Shown here: piece by piece, positions 44,502-54,535 of the stretch
How the letters are laid out: each line of letters begins with the position of its first letter
Numbering within the stretch: position 1 is the stretch's first letter
From: an uncultured archaeon
GTDB lineage: Archaea > Altiarchaeota > Altiarchaeia > IMC4 > SCGC-AAA252-I15
Direction: 5' to 3'
NCBI GenBank assembly: GCA_964587725.1
Contig: CAZPLO010000005.1
Coordinates: 20,774 to 84,773 of the forward strand
DNA: 64,000 bases
The notes under the pieces: model-generated
Database searches by the model: none
What the model saw: only the letters and a program-made list of their open reading frames with translations
Told to the model about the DNA's origin: nothing
Program-made: the position numbers and the translations under genes

Positions 44502-44620
44502 GGTGGGTTGGGGTGCGCTAATCCAGGGTATTCAGGGAACACCTCCTATAACAGGGAAACCGGATTGCCACATCAGAAAGCGACCAACCTCGTTTTGCTG
44601 TGACCGAGCCCCGGCCCGCC
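44502..44620 (+). ncRNA. candidate structured non-coding RNA (about 119 nt), family unidentified
   Basis: TTTATAAA box at 44473-44480; 12-bp terminal helix with G-U pairs valid only on the + strand; internal arms; followed by ACTTTTT. Confidence 0.55.
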
Positions 44621-44654
44621 ACTTTTTATAATGCCTGAAACCAATATTCTCCCT

Positions 44655-45107
44655 ATGAAGCTGGTTCGGCCTTCCTGGGACGAGTACTTCGCGCGCATCG
44701 TAGAGGACGTGGCGTTGAGGAGCACCTGCTTCAAACGCCAGGTAGGGGCGTTGATAGTCAACGACGACCATGAGATTGTGGCGACTGGATTCAACGGGAA
44801 CGTCCGCGGAGCCAAACACTGCGACGAAATAGGCTGCCTGAAGGACGAGAAAGGCTTCAAAAGCGGGGAAGGCCACGAGTGGTGCACCGCCGTACACGCG
44901 GAACAGAACGCACTCATCCAGGCGGGGAAGCAGTCCAGGGGGGCGACGCTGTACGTGAACGCATTCCCCTGCAAAATATGCGCGCGGCTGATAGTGAACG
45001 CGGGCATCAGAAAAGTAGTCATCAGCGGGGAATACACCGACAAAGACGGCCTCACCATACTGAAGGACATAGGGGTCGAAATCGTGCACGTGGTAGTGGA
45101 GAAATGA
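44655..45107 (+). CDS. dCMP deaminase family protein
   Basis: RPSWDEYF, RSTC..RQVGA, ATGFNG, HAEQNA, PCKIC. Confidence 0.92.
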   Translation: MKLVRPSWDEYFARIVEDVALRSTCFKRQVGALIVNDDHEIVATGFNGNVRGAKHCDEIGCLKDEKGFKSGEGHEWCTAVHAEQNALIQAGKQSRGATLYVNAFPCKICARLIVNAGIRKVVISGEYTDKDGLTILKDIGVEIVHVVVEK

Positions 45108-45646
45108 CTGTCGTAATCGGTTTGATTGGGAGGATAGCGTCCGGGAAAAGCATCGTCGCAGACCACCTTGTAAGGGAGCACCGCGCCTCATATTACCGGT
45201 TCAGCGACATACTGAGGGACATCCTGTTGAGGCTGCACCGGCCGAACACGAGGGAGAACCTCCAGGACCTCGGGTTGGCGTTGCGGAAGGTGTTCGGCGA
45301 CGGGCTGCTGGCGGAGACATTGAAGAAGGACATCGAAGACGACGACTCCGACTTTGTGGTGGTCGACGGCATACGCTACAGGGACGAATACGACATGGTG
45401 AAGTCCCTCGGCGGCGTCATAGCGTATGTGACGGCGCCGGAGGACGTTAGATACGAGCGGGTGGTGGGGAGGGGAACCCGCGGAGAGGCTGAAATCACAT
45501 TGGAGGAGTTCCGGCGGAACGAAGCCAGGGAGACTGAGAAGCTAATAGACCAGCTGGGTGCGGAAGCCGATGTCGTGTTGGAGAACACCGGCACAATAGA
45601 GGAACTGAAGCAGAAAGTCGACGCGTTCGTGAAAGACGTTACCTGA
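45104..45646 (+). CDS. P-loop nucleoside/nucleotide kinase (dephospho-CoA kinase-like)
   Basis: GRIASGKS, RENLQ.LG..LR, VVDGIRY..E, LENTGT. Confidence 0.75.
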   Translation: MTVVIGLIGRIASGKSIVADHLVREHRASYYRFSDILRDILLRLHRPNTRENLQDLGLALRKVFGDGLLAETLKKDIEDDDSDFVVVDGIRYRDEYDMVKSLGGVIAYVTAPEDVRYERVVGRGTRGEAEITLEEFRRNEARETEKLIDQLGAEADVVLENTGTIEELKQKVDAFVKDVT

Positions 45647-46193
45647 CCATCAACGTTACAGTATTGGGCCTCAACACCTCGGCCTTCGGGTACAGGCGGA
45701 GCAGTTCCTCCTCAACACGGTCCAACACGGCTATTTTCACCATCAGGTTCCTGAACTTCGGGTCCGGGATGTAGTCGATGATTTTGATGTCGTGTACGGT
45801 GTAGCGGCGGCGGTTGAATGCTTCGATGGCGGCGCGGGTTATCCTCTCAGGGTCTATGCTCATCCCGTAGACTATAACCACCTTCTGCGGCTTCACGGGC
45901 AGCTTCTTCGGCAGGATGATTTCCCTCGGCTCCTCCCTTATTTTCTTAGGCTTCTTCGCCGTCCTCCTAGAGGGCTTTTTTTTGGCCTTTTTCTTCGGCG
46001 TCTTAGCCTTCTTTTTGGAGGATTTAGCCTTGTTCTTGGCGGATTTCTTCTTTTTCACAGCCTTCTTCTTACGGGTGGGTTTCTTCTTAGAAGCCTTCTT
46101 TTTACGGGTTTTACGGGATTTGGAGGCTTTTTTCTTGGATTTCCGCCTGGAAACCTTCTTCTTAGCCTTCTTTTTAGCCTTTTTCGCAGCCAT
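45639..46193 (-). CDS. Lys/Arg-rich histone-H1-like protein with a small C-terminal globular domain
   Basis: About 85 aa of AKKKAKKK-type repeats from the ATG at 46193. Confidence 0.7.
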   Translation of the reverse strand: MAAKKAKKKAKKKVSRRKSKKKASKSRKTRKKKASKKKPTRKKKAVKKKKSAKNKAKSSKKKAKTPKKKAKKKPSRRTAKKPKKIREEPREIILPKKLPVKPQKVVIVYGMSIDPERITRAAIEAFNRRRYTVHDIKIIDYIPDPKFRNLMVKIAVLDRVEEELLRLYPKAEVLRPNTVTLMVR

Positions 46194-46363
46194 ATCCACC
46201 GGATAGGTTATAGGAGTGGTGGAATAAAAAACCATATGGTGGGGTTACTTTTCCACAGCAGACGGGAAAATCGTTTATAACGGAGGTGTTATTATGTAAC
46301 CGGTATGGAGCCTGCGAGAATGCTCGACGGATTGTACGCGGCCGCGGCGGCGGCCTGCCCCAC

Positions 46364-46669
46364 CTAGTATTCGACTCCCTTGAGGTTGACGGTCCGGCCC
46401 TTCTTCACGGACCGTATCTTGGGGCGTATCCTCTTCTTCGTCCCCATCCGCCTCCTCATCTTCTTGCTCAGATGCCTGCCCTCAGCCTGAAGCCGCTTCA
46501 GCTTCTCCGACTTCTTTTTGGGCCGGCGGCTGGACTCCCTCACCTCGAAGTGGATCCCCAGGGGGTCTGCCCGGAGATTGTAGAGGGCGTCATCTTTCAG
46601 CAGATTGGAGAGGTGCTTTATCACCTGCTCCCTGCTCTGGTTCCTGAAACTCTTCCCGGACTTCGCCAT
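46364..46669 (-). CDS. highly basic 101-aa protein
   Basis: ATG at 46669; K/R-rich; faint resemblance to ribosomal protein eL19. Confidence 0.5.
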   Translation of the reverse strand: MAKSGKSFRNQSREQVIKHLSNLLKDDALYNLRADPLGIHFEVRESSRRPKKKSEKLKRLQAEGRHLSKKMRRRMGTKKRIRPKIRSVKKGRTVNLKGVEY

Positions 46670-46739
46670 CCAATACCTATTCCACTGACGGGATAAAAAA
46701 AACCGCGGTTTATTTACGCTCAACTCCTTTGTTTTAGGG

Positions 46740-47492
46740 ATGGATTCTGTGACCGCCGCCGTCTTTGTGGGCGCGGGACTCGCGGGCATGGGGTTGCCCA
46801 TAGTGCTCGGCTACTACTCGGTTAAGCGGTTCGGTGTGGATTTGAAGTTCCTCGGATACGCCGCAGCCGCATACTTTATCGCGCAGCTGATGACCTTGCT
46901 CCCGATTATACTGTTCAACAGCGTCTACACAGTGACGGGGGTCACCGTTCTGGTGGCAGCAGTAAGCGGCCTGATTGTGGGCGGCACGGAGGAGCTGGTC
47001 AGGTATGTGACGCTGAAAAAGTACATGGCAGACGTCCGGTCATGGGGGAGGGGTGTCGCGTTCGGCGCGGGCTGGGGGAGCGTCCAGGCAGTGTTCATAG
47101 GTTTGGGTTTGATTCTCATGGTGTTCTACGCGCAGGGCATCCGCGCAATGGACACGTCGGCGTTGAACGCGACCCAGGCCGAAGTGTATGAAACGATTGT
47201 GGGGGAATTCTCGTCCATCGGACTGTTAGATGCAATAGCAAGCTTTGTCACCGTCGTGTCGAGGTATGCGGTGCAGCTGGCGTGGAGCATAGCCGTTGTG
47301 TTCTCGCTGAAGAACGGGGACAGGAGACTGCTGGGTTACGCGGTAGCATCGCACGTGCTCGTGGACGGCTTTGGAACTTATCTCCTGGGCTTTGGTGAAC
47401 CGTATGCGGCTGCGTTCTTCGGAGTTGCCGGCGCTGCCGCGACATACTATGTGACCCACGTTCAGGAGTCGAGTCCGGAACCCTTCCAGTAA
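46740..47492 (+). CDS. YhfC/PrsW-like intramembrane glutamic protease
   Basis: GGTEELVRY, GVAFGAGWG, H.LVD; multiple TM segments. Confidence 0.75.
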   Translation: MDSVTAAVFVGAGLAGMGLPIVLGYYSVKRFGVDLKFLGYAAAAYFIAQLMTLLPIILFNSVYTVTGVTVLVAAVSGLIVGGTEELVRYVTLKKYMADVRSWGRGVAFGAGWGSVQAVFIGLGLILMVFYAQGIRAMDTSALNATQAEVYETIVGEFSSIGLLDAIASFVTVVSRYAVQLAWSIAVVFSLKNGDRRLLGYAVASHVLVDGFGTYLLGFGEPYAAAFFGVAGAAATYYVTHVQESSPEPFQ

Positions 47493-47911
47493 AAAGCCTG
47501 CACTCCGCAGCCGGACTTTCCGCTGTCCACCGTTCTGCCCACTTCAACTGGGACGCAGCGTTCCTGGGTGCCGACCGTCAGACCTTCCGTGCAGGTGTTG
47601 TTGGCGCATGGCATCTGATACACCCCGCCGCACGGCAGGGTGGAAGTGGTGGTTGTTGGTGGAGCGAGGGTGGTTGAGGTCGTGGACGTTGTTGTGGTGG
47701 ACGTAGTCGAGGTCGTGGTGGCTGTCGTGGACGTGGTGGAGGTGGTGGTTGAGGTCGACGTGGTGGTCGACACGGTGTGTGCTACGGCGGCGAGTGACCC
47801 GCCGACTAGGAACAGTAGCATAACCACTGCGGGCGCCGCAACAAACAGGGGGTTGAAGCCGAACCGTGGTTCATCCCCCTCATGTATTCCCGCCCCATCC
47901 AACCGGGTCAT
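47462..47911 (-). CDS. membrane-anchored Thr-rich protein with Cys-rich C-terminus
   Basis: TM segment, poly-T/S stalk, CGGVYQMPC...C...C...CG. Confidence 0.7.
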   Translation of the reverse strand: MTRLDGAGIHEGDEPRFGFNPLFVAAPAVVMLLFLVGGSLAAVAHTVSTTTSTSTTTSTTSTTATTTSTTSTTTTSTTSTTLAPPTTTTSTLPCGGVYQMPCANNTCTEGLTVGTQERCVPVEVGRTVDSGKSGCGVQAFYWKGSGLDS

Positions 47912-48015
47912 ACCTTCTATACCGGATACATGGTTTAAATACTGTGGGGTTACCTGTCGGAAACCTCCGGCAGGCTTAAATATCTTTAAAATAAATACTG
48001 TGTCAGGTGAATGCG

Positions 48016-48183
48016 ATGGGTGACGAAGACACCAGGAACAGGAGGATTGGTTTCGTTGCGGGAGGCGCGCTGGCGGGCGCAGTGTTGGGTCTGCTCTTCA
48101 ACAGCCCCATATTGTTCAGCGCCGTCGGCATGGGTTTGGGGGTTCTGGTAGGCAGCGGCCTCGACAGGGAAAAGCCCATGTAG
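48016..48183 (+). CDS. 55-aa glycine-zipper membrane protein (not in ORF track)
   Basis: MGDEDTRNRRIGFVAGGALAGAVLGLLFNSPILFSAVGMGLGVLVGSGLDREKPM*; AGGTGA RBS. Confidence 0.6.
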   Translation: MGDEDTRNRRIGFVAGGALAGAVLGLLFNSPILFSAVGMGLGVLVGSGLDREKPM

Positions 48184-48271
48184 GCGTCTGAATAAGGCTT
48201 CTAAACCATGTTTGTTGAACATCTTTTAAAGATTGGGGGCTCATAGATTACACTATCCGGGATGGATTAGC

Positions 48272-51200
48272 ATGCCTGACGACGAAGACTTCTCAGAGGA
48301 GGGAAAAGTAAGGAAGGCGGAGGATACGCTGCGTGAGGACGAGGACCGTATACGCCGCGTTGAAACCAGGGAGAAGAGCCTTGAAGACCACCGGAACGAG
48401 CTTGAAGCCCTCATAAAGAGCCGGGAGGAGGAGCTGAAACGCAAGGAGTCCGCGCTCGAGGAAACCCGGAAGCAGGTTGAGAAGCGGGAGGAGGAGCTGG
48501 CCGAGAAGGAAGCCCGCATCAAACTGATAGAGCAGCGGGAGAGCAAGCTTCTGCGTGAGGAGGAGGAGCTGGAGGGCAAGAAGAAAACCCTTGAGGAACG
48601 TGAGCAGAAGCTCAGAAGCTGTGAGCGCGAGGTCACTGAACTCCGCACCGAAGTCGAGGGGAAGGAGAAGGAGCTCATCGACAAGGAGATTAAGATAAAG
48701 TCCGCCGACAAGAGGGAGCAGCAGCTTCAGGAGCGTGAGGGGGAGCTGGAGAACCTGCTGGCGGAGAAAAACAAGGAGCTGGGGAGAAGGGAGAGGGGGA
48801 TAGAGGAGACCCAGCGTGAGATAGAGAAGCGGCAGCGCGAACTCGACGAGAAGGAGCAGCGGCTCAAGGACATTGAGGAGCGGGAGCGGCAGCTGAAGAG
48901 GAAGGAGGCCGACGTAGACGACAAGCTCACGGAACGCGAACGCCAGCTGAGGGAGAAGGAGCTGAAGGTCGAAGGCACCAAGAAGGCCGTTGAAGAGCAC
49001 GCGGACACCGTCCGGCAGAAGGAGATGGAGCTCCACCAGAAGAAGAACATCGTGGAGCTGAAGGAGCAGAAGCTCGCCGAGAAAGAGCAGAAGGTGGAGG
49101 CGAATGTCGGTGAGAAGCAGAATAAGGCGGCTGACCTGGAGAAGAAGGTCAAGCAGATGGAGGACCGCGCCCGCCAGCTGGAGAAGCAGATAGTCGAAAA
49201 GGAACGTGAGCTGGAGGCGCGGGAGAACAGGATACACGGTCTCGAGGAGAAGGAGAAGGAGCTGCAGGAGCGTGAGAAGGAGTTCGAGTACTCGAAGATT
49301 AACGTAGAGGACAAGGAACGCGACCTCAGGGAGAGGGAGCAGAACCTCGAAGGCGAGTGGAAGAGGATAGAGGAGAAGGGGAAGAGCATCGAGGAGAGGG
49401 AGAAGCAGCTGGAGAAGGCCATCGACGAGAAGGAGGACGAGCTCAGCTGGCGGGAGCTGAAGGTCGAAGACAAGGTCAAGGGGTTCGAGGAGAAGGAGAA
49501 GGAGCTGGAGGAGCGCCGCCGCCAGACCGAGGAACGGCTGAAGAACCGTGAGGTGGAGTTGGACAAGCGGCAGCAGGAGATAGACTCGACCCTCAAGGAT
49601 GTGCAGTCCAGGGAACGGAAGATTGTTGAACGGGAGCAGCAGCTGAAGGAGCAGGAGGACAAGCTGCTGGAGGACGTCCGGCAGAAGGAGCGGAGGATAG
49701 AGGAGAGCATCGCCGAACGCGAGCAGCAGGTTCTGGAGCAGGCTAAGGAGAAGGAGCAGCAGATGCTGCAGAGCATTCAGGAGCGGGAGCGGCAGCTGAA
49801 GGACCGGGAAGCCCACCTCATGGAGGAGGTTAAGAAGAGGGAGGCCGAGATATCCGAGAACATACAGGACAGGGAGAAGGCGGCCGAAGAGCAGGAGCAT
49901 CAGGTGGAGGTCAGGGAGAAGAAGGCCGACGAACGCGAGGGCAGGTTGAACGCCAGGGAAACACAGCTCCGCGACAAGGAGAAGGAGTTCGTCGGCAGGG
50001 AGCAGGACCTCGCCCACAGCGTCAAGGAGAAGGAGCAGGAGCTGGCGGACAAGGAGAACAGGATAAAATTGGTGGAGGAGCGGAGCGCGAAACTCAAGGC
50101 GAAGGACTCCGAGCTCGAGAACAGGATAAGGGAGAAGGAGCAGTACCTCCAGCAGAAGGAGGCGGAGGCCCAGAAGTTCCAGAACAGGGAGAAGGAGATA
50201 AAGGAGGCTCAGGAGCAGCTCAGCAGCATAGAGGCGGGGTTGGATGAGCGGCAGAAGGAGCTGGAGCAGCGTGAACTTGAGATACAGGGGAAGCTGAAGA
50301 CCCTGGAGGAGCGGGAGGCCGAAGTCGGGAAACGAGAGCTGGAGCTGAAGAGCATACTCAAGCAGACCGAGGAACGGCAGAAGGAGCTGGAGCAGCGGGA
50401 GAGTAAGATAAGGGAGTTTGAGGAGCGGGAGAAAAAGCTCGCCAGGAAGGAGGCGGACTTCGACGACATCATATCCGAGCGGGAGAGACAGTTAGACGCC
50501 AAGGAGGAGGAGATGAACAACCTCCAGGTGGTGATTGAGGAGAAGGAGAGTCGGCTGGGCCAGCGGGAGGCCGAACTGGAGGCCATGAAGAAGACGCTGG
50601 AGGAGAGGGAGAAACAGCTCGGAGAGCGGGAAGTCGATTTGAAGGGCACGGAGAATACCATCGAACTCAAGCAGCGTGAACTGGACGAGCGGGAGCAGAA
50701 AATCAAGGCCGTCGACGAGAGGGAAAGGGAGCTTCAGCAGCGTGAGAATGAACTGGAGAACACCATCCGCCAGAGGGAGCAGCAGCTGCAGGACAAGGAG
50801 GAGGAGTTCAAGTCCATAACCCAGGACGTGTTCAAGAAGGAGCAGGAGCTGAAGCGCAAGGAGGAGATGCTCGACGAACGCGAATCCGGAATCGAGGAGA
50901 AGCGGAAGGAGCTGCAGGAGCAGGAGGTGAAGCTCCAGGCCGTCGAGGAAAGGGAGGCCCGGGTTGAGGAGCGGGAGAAGGAGCTGAACGCCTACCGCAA
51001 CAGGATAGAGCAGAGCGAACGCGAACTGATGGCGAAGGAGAAGAATGTCAGCACGCTCACCAGCACGAGCAAGAAGGAGTTGGAGGAGAAGGAGAAGCGG
51101 ATTCAGGAGAGCATCAGGGAGCTGGAGCACAAGGAAAAGCAGGTGCAGCTGGATATAGACAACCGTAAGAAGCAGCTGCAGGCCGAGGAGGAGAAGCTAG

Positions 51201-52249
51201 CGTCCATGCAGAAGACCCTGGAGGACAGGCAGAGGCAGCTCGCCGAGAAGGAGCAGCGTCTCGCGGAAGTAGAGGACAAGGAGCGGGAGCTAAGCAGCAA
51301 GGAGAAACAGCTGGTGCTGTCCATCGAAGACCGCGAACGGCAGCTGCAGGAGCGGGAGAAGCAGGTGGGGCAGGCGGACACCGGACTCCAGGAGCGGGAG
51401 AAGGCCCTGGATAGGAAGCAGAAGGAACTTGAGAGCCGGGAGGCCAAGATAGAGATGTTCCGCGTCGCCGTGGAGGAGAAGGAGCGTCAGGCGAAGGAGC
51501 GGGAGCAGAAGGCCGCCGGCAAAGAAGACGAGCTTGAGCAGATGCGGAAGCGGGTGGAGGACCGGGAGGAGGAGCTGAAGCGGCAGCAGAAGAGGCTGGA
51601 GGACACCCGCAGGCAGGTTGAGGGCAAGGAGGACGAGCTCACCGACAAGGAGATCAGGATAAAGGACGTGTTGAAGCGGGAGAAGGCGTTGGAGCAGCGG
51701 GAGAAGGCGTTGGAGGAGAACATCCGGAAACGCCAGAAGGAGCTGGACGACCGGGAAGCCCAGGTGGAGGAACTCCATGAGCACGTCGAAAACAGGGAGG
51801 AGGTGCTCCAGCAGAAGGAGGACGAGGTGAAGGCGCAGGAGGAGCGGCTGAAGAGCCTCAAAGAGAAGGAGGCTGAGCTGGAGGCTTCCATGAAGGCCGT
51901 CGGCTCCAAGGAAGCGGAGCTCCAGCAGGTGGAGAAGGAGCTGAAGAAGCCGGAGGCCACCGTGGTGAAGGAGAGCAAGTGGCCTCTCGCCGTAGCGTTC
52001 ATACTGTTGCTGATTTCAGCCGCCATAGTAGTGTACGTGGGCTACGACATCGCCCAGCGCACGGCCGACGAAACCGCCCTGCAGGAAGCGGTTGCAGCAG
52101 GAGACCTGAGCATGTGCACAGGCATATCCGACCCCGTGCTGCAGAGCGCGTGCGAGACCGAGATACAGAACCAGGAGCTTGCGGAGAACCTGCAGACCAT
52201 ACGCGCCAAATTCGATGAAATAAGGGGTATGGTGCAGAACACCACCTAG
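48272..52249 (+). CDS. giant E/K/R coiled-coil protein with C-terminal TM anchor
   Basis: About 1230 aa of EREKEL-like heptads, TM WPLAVAFILLLISAAIVVYVGY, Cys motif MCTGISDPVLQSAC. Confidence 0.85.
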   Translation: MPDDEDFSEEGKVRKAEDTLREDEDRIRRVETREKSLEDHRNELEALIKSREEELKRKESALEETRKQVEKREEELAEKEARIKLIEQRESKLLREEEELEGKKKTLEEREQKLRSCEREVTELRTEVEGKEKELIDKEIKIKSADKREQQLQEREGELENLLAEKNKELGRRERGIEETQREIEKRQRELDEKEQRLKDIEERERQLKRKEADVDDKLTERERQLREKELKVEGTKKAVEEHADTVRQKEMELHQKKNIVELKEQKLAEKEQKVEANVGEKQNKAADLEKKVKQMEDRARQLEKQIVEKERELEARENRIHGLEEKEKELQEREKEFEYSKINVEDKERDLREREQNLEGEWKRIEEKGKSIEEREKQLEKAIDEKEDELSWRELKVEDKVKGFEEKEKELEERRRQTEERLKNREVELDKRQQEIDSTLKDVQSRERKIVEREQQLKEQEDKLLEDVRQKERRIEESIAEREQQVLEQAKEKEQQMLQSIQERERQLKDREAHLMEEVKKREAEISENIQDREKAAEEQEHQVEVREKKADEREGRLNARETQLRDKEKEFVGREQDLAHSVKEKEQELADKENRIKLVEERSAKLKAKDSELENRIREKEQYLQQKEAEAQKFQNREKEIKEAQEQLSSIEAGLDERQKELEQRELEIQGKLKTLEEREAEVGKRELELKSILKQTEERQKELEQRESKIREFEEREKKLARKEADFDDIISERERQLDAKEEEMNNLQVVIEEKESRLGQREAELEAMKKTLEEREKQLGEREVDLKGTENTIELKQRELDEREQKIKAVDERERELQQRENELENTIRQREQQLQDKEEEFKSITQDVFKKEQELKRKEEMLDERESGIEEKRKELQEQEVKLQAVEEREARVEEREKELNAYRNRIEQSERELMAKEKNVSTLTSTSKKELEEKEKRIQESIRELEHKEKQVQLDIDNRKKQLQAEEEKLASMQKTLEDRQRQLAEKEQRLAEVEDKERELSSKEKQLVLSIEDRERQLQEREKQVGQADTGLQEREKALDRKQKELESREAKIEMFRVAVEEKERQAKEREQKAAGKEDELEQMRKRVEDREEELKRQQKRLEDTRRQVEGKEDELTDKEIRIKDVLKREKALEQREKALEENIRKRQKELDDREAQVEELHEHVENREEVLQQKEDEVKAQEERLKSLKEKEAELEASMKAVGSKEAELQQVEKELKKPEATVVKESKWPLAVAFILLLISAAIVVYVGYDIAQRTADETALQEAVAAGDLSMCTGISDPVLQSACETEIQNQELAENLQTIRAKFDEIRGMVQNTT

Positions 52250-52253
52250 CAAA

Positions 52254-52655
52254 ATGGCCATCAGGGTAGAGGACGTGATGACCAGGGACGTGATCACGTG
52301 CAGCCCTGACGCGTCCGTCCAGGAGATTGCCTGCATCATAAGGGACAGAAACATTTCGTCGGTGGTGGTGTCCGACGGGGCCGAACTCAAGGGCATAGTC
52401 ACGCAGCACGACCTCGTCGGCAGGGTTATTGCGGAGGGGCTGGACTACTCTGTGAAGGCGTCCGAAGTCATGAGCAGGGACGTGGAGACCATATCCCCCG
52501 AGGCGGAGATAGAGGAGGCCGCCAGGCTGATGAGGGACAAGAGGATTAAAAAACTCGTGGTCGTCCGGAAGGGGGAGGTGATGGGAATCGTAACCTCCTT
52601 CGACCTGATAGTCGCGGAACCCGTCATCCGCTTACTCGTCGACGGGAAGATTTAA
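52254..52655 (+). CDS. stand-alone CBS pair protein
   Basis: VEDVMTRDVIT, GIVTQHDL, VMSRDV, GIVTSFDL. Confidence 0.92.
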   Translation: MAIRVEDVMTRDVITCSPDASVQEIACIIRDRNISSVVVSDGAELKGIVTQHDLVGRVIAEGLDYSVKASEVMSRDVETISPEAEIEEAARLMRDKRIKKLVVVRKGEVMGIVTSFDLIVAEPVIRLLVDGKI

Positions 52656-53705
52656 GTACCCTGTAAGCCTCACGCAGATTGAATCCGCCTCCTCAGGGGG
52701 CATCAGCTCCTTCAGGTAGTTTCTCATGTACTGGAGGATGAACTTCAACCGTATCCCCGGTTCATCTGTCTGCAACCTGGAGAACACGTAATCCGTCATT
52801 CCGCCCAGCATCTCCGCAACCGCCGACGAGGCCAGCTCCGTCTTCTCCTTCGGAGGGGCGGACTGCAGGTCCCTTATCCTCATTTCACTGGCGTTCTTTT
52901 TCAGCGTGTATATGAGCAGGTCTTCGAAGTCTGTTTTCGCAGCCGCGGTGTAGCCTGGTTTCTGACGGGTTGACTTCACCTCCCTTTCGGCTTTGGAATA
53001 CTCCGGCGACGGGCCCTGAACCAGCTCCAAGTCCACATCCAGTATGGTCACCAGCTCCGAGCGCAGCATTCTCGCCTTCAACGGCTCCACGTAGAACAGC
53101 AGCATGTCCTGTATTATGAACTCCAGCAGCAGCAGGCGGTTGTAGACTGGGGCGTGGAGTATGTCACCTAAACCCAGCTCGTCCATCCTGGCATCGACTA
53201 TGGACTTGCCGGAGGGGCCGAAGTGCCGTTCCACAAAGCCTTCTACGACTCTCACACGGGTCCTTGAGTCGGCGGCGGACATGGCTTCGACGCCGTATTT
53301 CCTCATCTCCTCCGCGAGTATGAACTCGCTCATGTCCTTGAAGTGCTTGGCGGCCTCCTCCTTTATCTTCTCCGGCAGAACCCTCACGCCGTCCACGGTC
53401 ACGGGTATGCCTGCGGCACCTACACTGACGTTGAGGACTGCCATCAGTTCGGAGCGGGCTATGGGGAGCCTGCCCCTGCTCAGCACGGGTGCGAGTACGT
53501 CCCTGGTTATGCTGTCTATCAGGCTCATCCTCTCCATCTCCGACGCCGTGAGCGGATCTTCCACGCCGGCCTTCTTCAGCTCGCGCGCCAGCAGCAGAGG
53601 GGCGCTCTTGCCCGTGTATTTGGCCAGGCAGTCCAGCAGCGCCTTCACCCCCCCTTCCATGGGGATTATTTTGTTTTCCACGTAGATTAAATGCACATCG
53701 CCCAA
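52632..53705 (-). CDS. hypothetical helical protein with internal repeats
   Basis: ARSELMAVLNV / LRSELVTILDV repeated motif; start uncertain. Confidence 0.6.
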   Translation of the reverse strand: MGDVHLIYVENKIIPMEGGVKALLDCLAKYTGKSAPLLLARELKKAGVEDPLTASEMERMSLIDSITRDVLAPVLSRGRLPIARSELMAVLNVSVGAAGIPVTVDGVRVLPEKIKEEAAKHFKDMSEFILAEEMRKYGVEAMSAADSRTRVRVVEGFVERHFGPSGKSIVDARMDELGLGDILHAPVYNRLLLLEFIIQDMLLFYVEPLKARMLRSELVTILDVDLELVQGPSPEYSKAEREVKSTRQKPGYTAAAKTDFEDLLIYTLKKNASEMRIRDLQSAPPKEKTELASSAVAEMLGGMTDYVFSRLQTDEPGIRLKFILQYMRNYLKELMPPEEADSICVRLTGYLNLPVDE

Positions 53706-54165
53706 CTCTCACACAGGTTTGTGAGGGCCCGTCGTGCGAAAAAATTTTTTCCCACAGATAAGACTTATATGATAAAAATATTTTTATAGATATATTAATT
53801 TTATTATATTCTTTTATAGTATTTTATTACCATATCATAAACAAGATATATTAATTTCACGAAAATTTTTTTTCCAATTTTTTTCAACAAAAATGAAAAA
53901 AATTTTTTCCAATGTGGGAGAACATGCCCATTCGCCCGAATGGCACGAATAATGGCTTGATTCTGGGTGAAAATGATGGAAATCCGTGAATGATTTTTGA
54001 ATAATTTTTTTAAATTTTTATGCATTTATGAATAAAGGGCCTGTCGTTTGAGGCACTTTCAAGCATATGAGAGAGTCACAGACGCTGGGAGAACCTATAT
54101 TCATATTATAATAAAAATATTTATTAGATATTAATATTATTTATAAAATATTAAAAAACCCATAG

Positions 54166-54513
54166 ATGGCAGAATATGATGCCCGAGACATACCCCAAAA
54201 AGGTAAAAAATACCGTTTCGATAGAGAAGAGATATATACTGGAGTTAATACTTTAACGGGATTATCGTCGCCGGGAGCTGAACAAGGACAAATACACAGT
54301 ATAATGCCTTTCCAGAGACCAATAATGCAAAATCCGCTTTTAGGAGTGGTTCGCGATTGTATTTTATGTGCTGTTTGGGGGTGCCCCCGCCATCAAGGTA
54401 TCTTATTCCACACCGATATGATATACAGTAACGGGGTTGTGCGCCCGCCCATCGACGTGAAAGCACAAACAGAAATATATATTCCAGCAGATATGTTTTT
54501 GGCACGATTTTAA
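54166..54513 (+). CDS. hypothetical protein, low GC, CxxC-x4-C-x2-H
   Basis: ORF inside the AT-rich island preceded by TATA-like tracts. Confidence 0.4.
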   Translation: MAEYDARDIPQKGKKYRFDREEIYTGVNTLTGLSSPGAEQGQIHSIMPFQRPIMQNPLLGVVRDCILCAVWGCPRHQGILFHTDMIYSNGVVRPPIDVKAQTEIYIPADMFLARF

Positions 54514-54535
54514 GGCCTGGATACAATAGTAGTAC

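Noticed and set aside
44502-44621. tRNA, 5S rRNA, SRP RNA, RNase P RNA or known ribozyme
   Set aside because: Lacks the T-loop GTTCRA, 5S CCGAAC, SRP helix 8 and RNase P conserved regions; kept as an unidentified RNA
46364-46669. Firm call as ribosomal protein eL19
   Set aside because: Similarity is limited to basic patches; the conserved N-terminus and ribosomal operon context are missing
47640-47775. Tandem GTG/GTC repeat as a non-coding repeat element
   Set aside because: Explained by the poly-Thr/Ser stalk of the minus-strand gene
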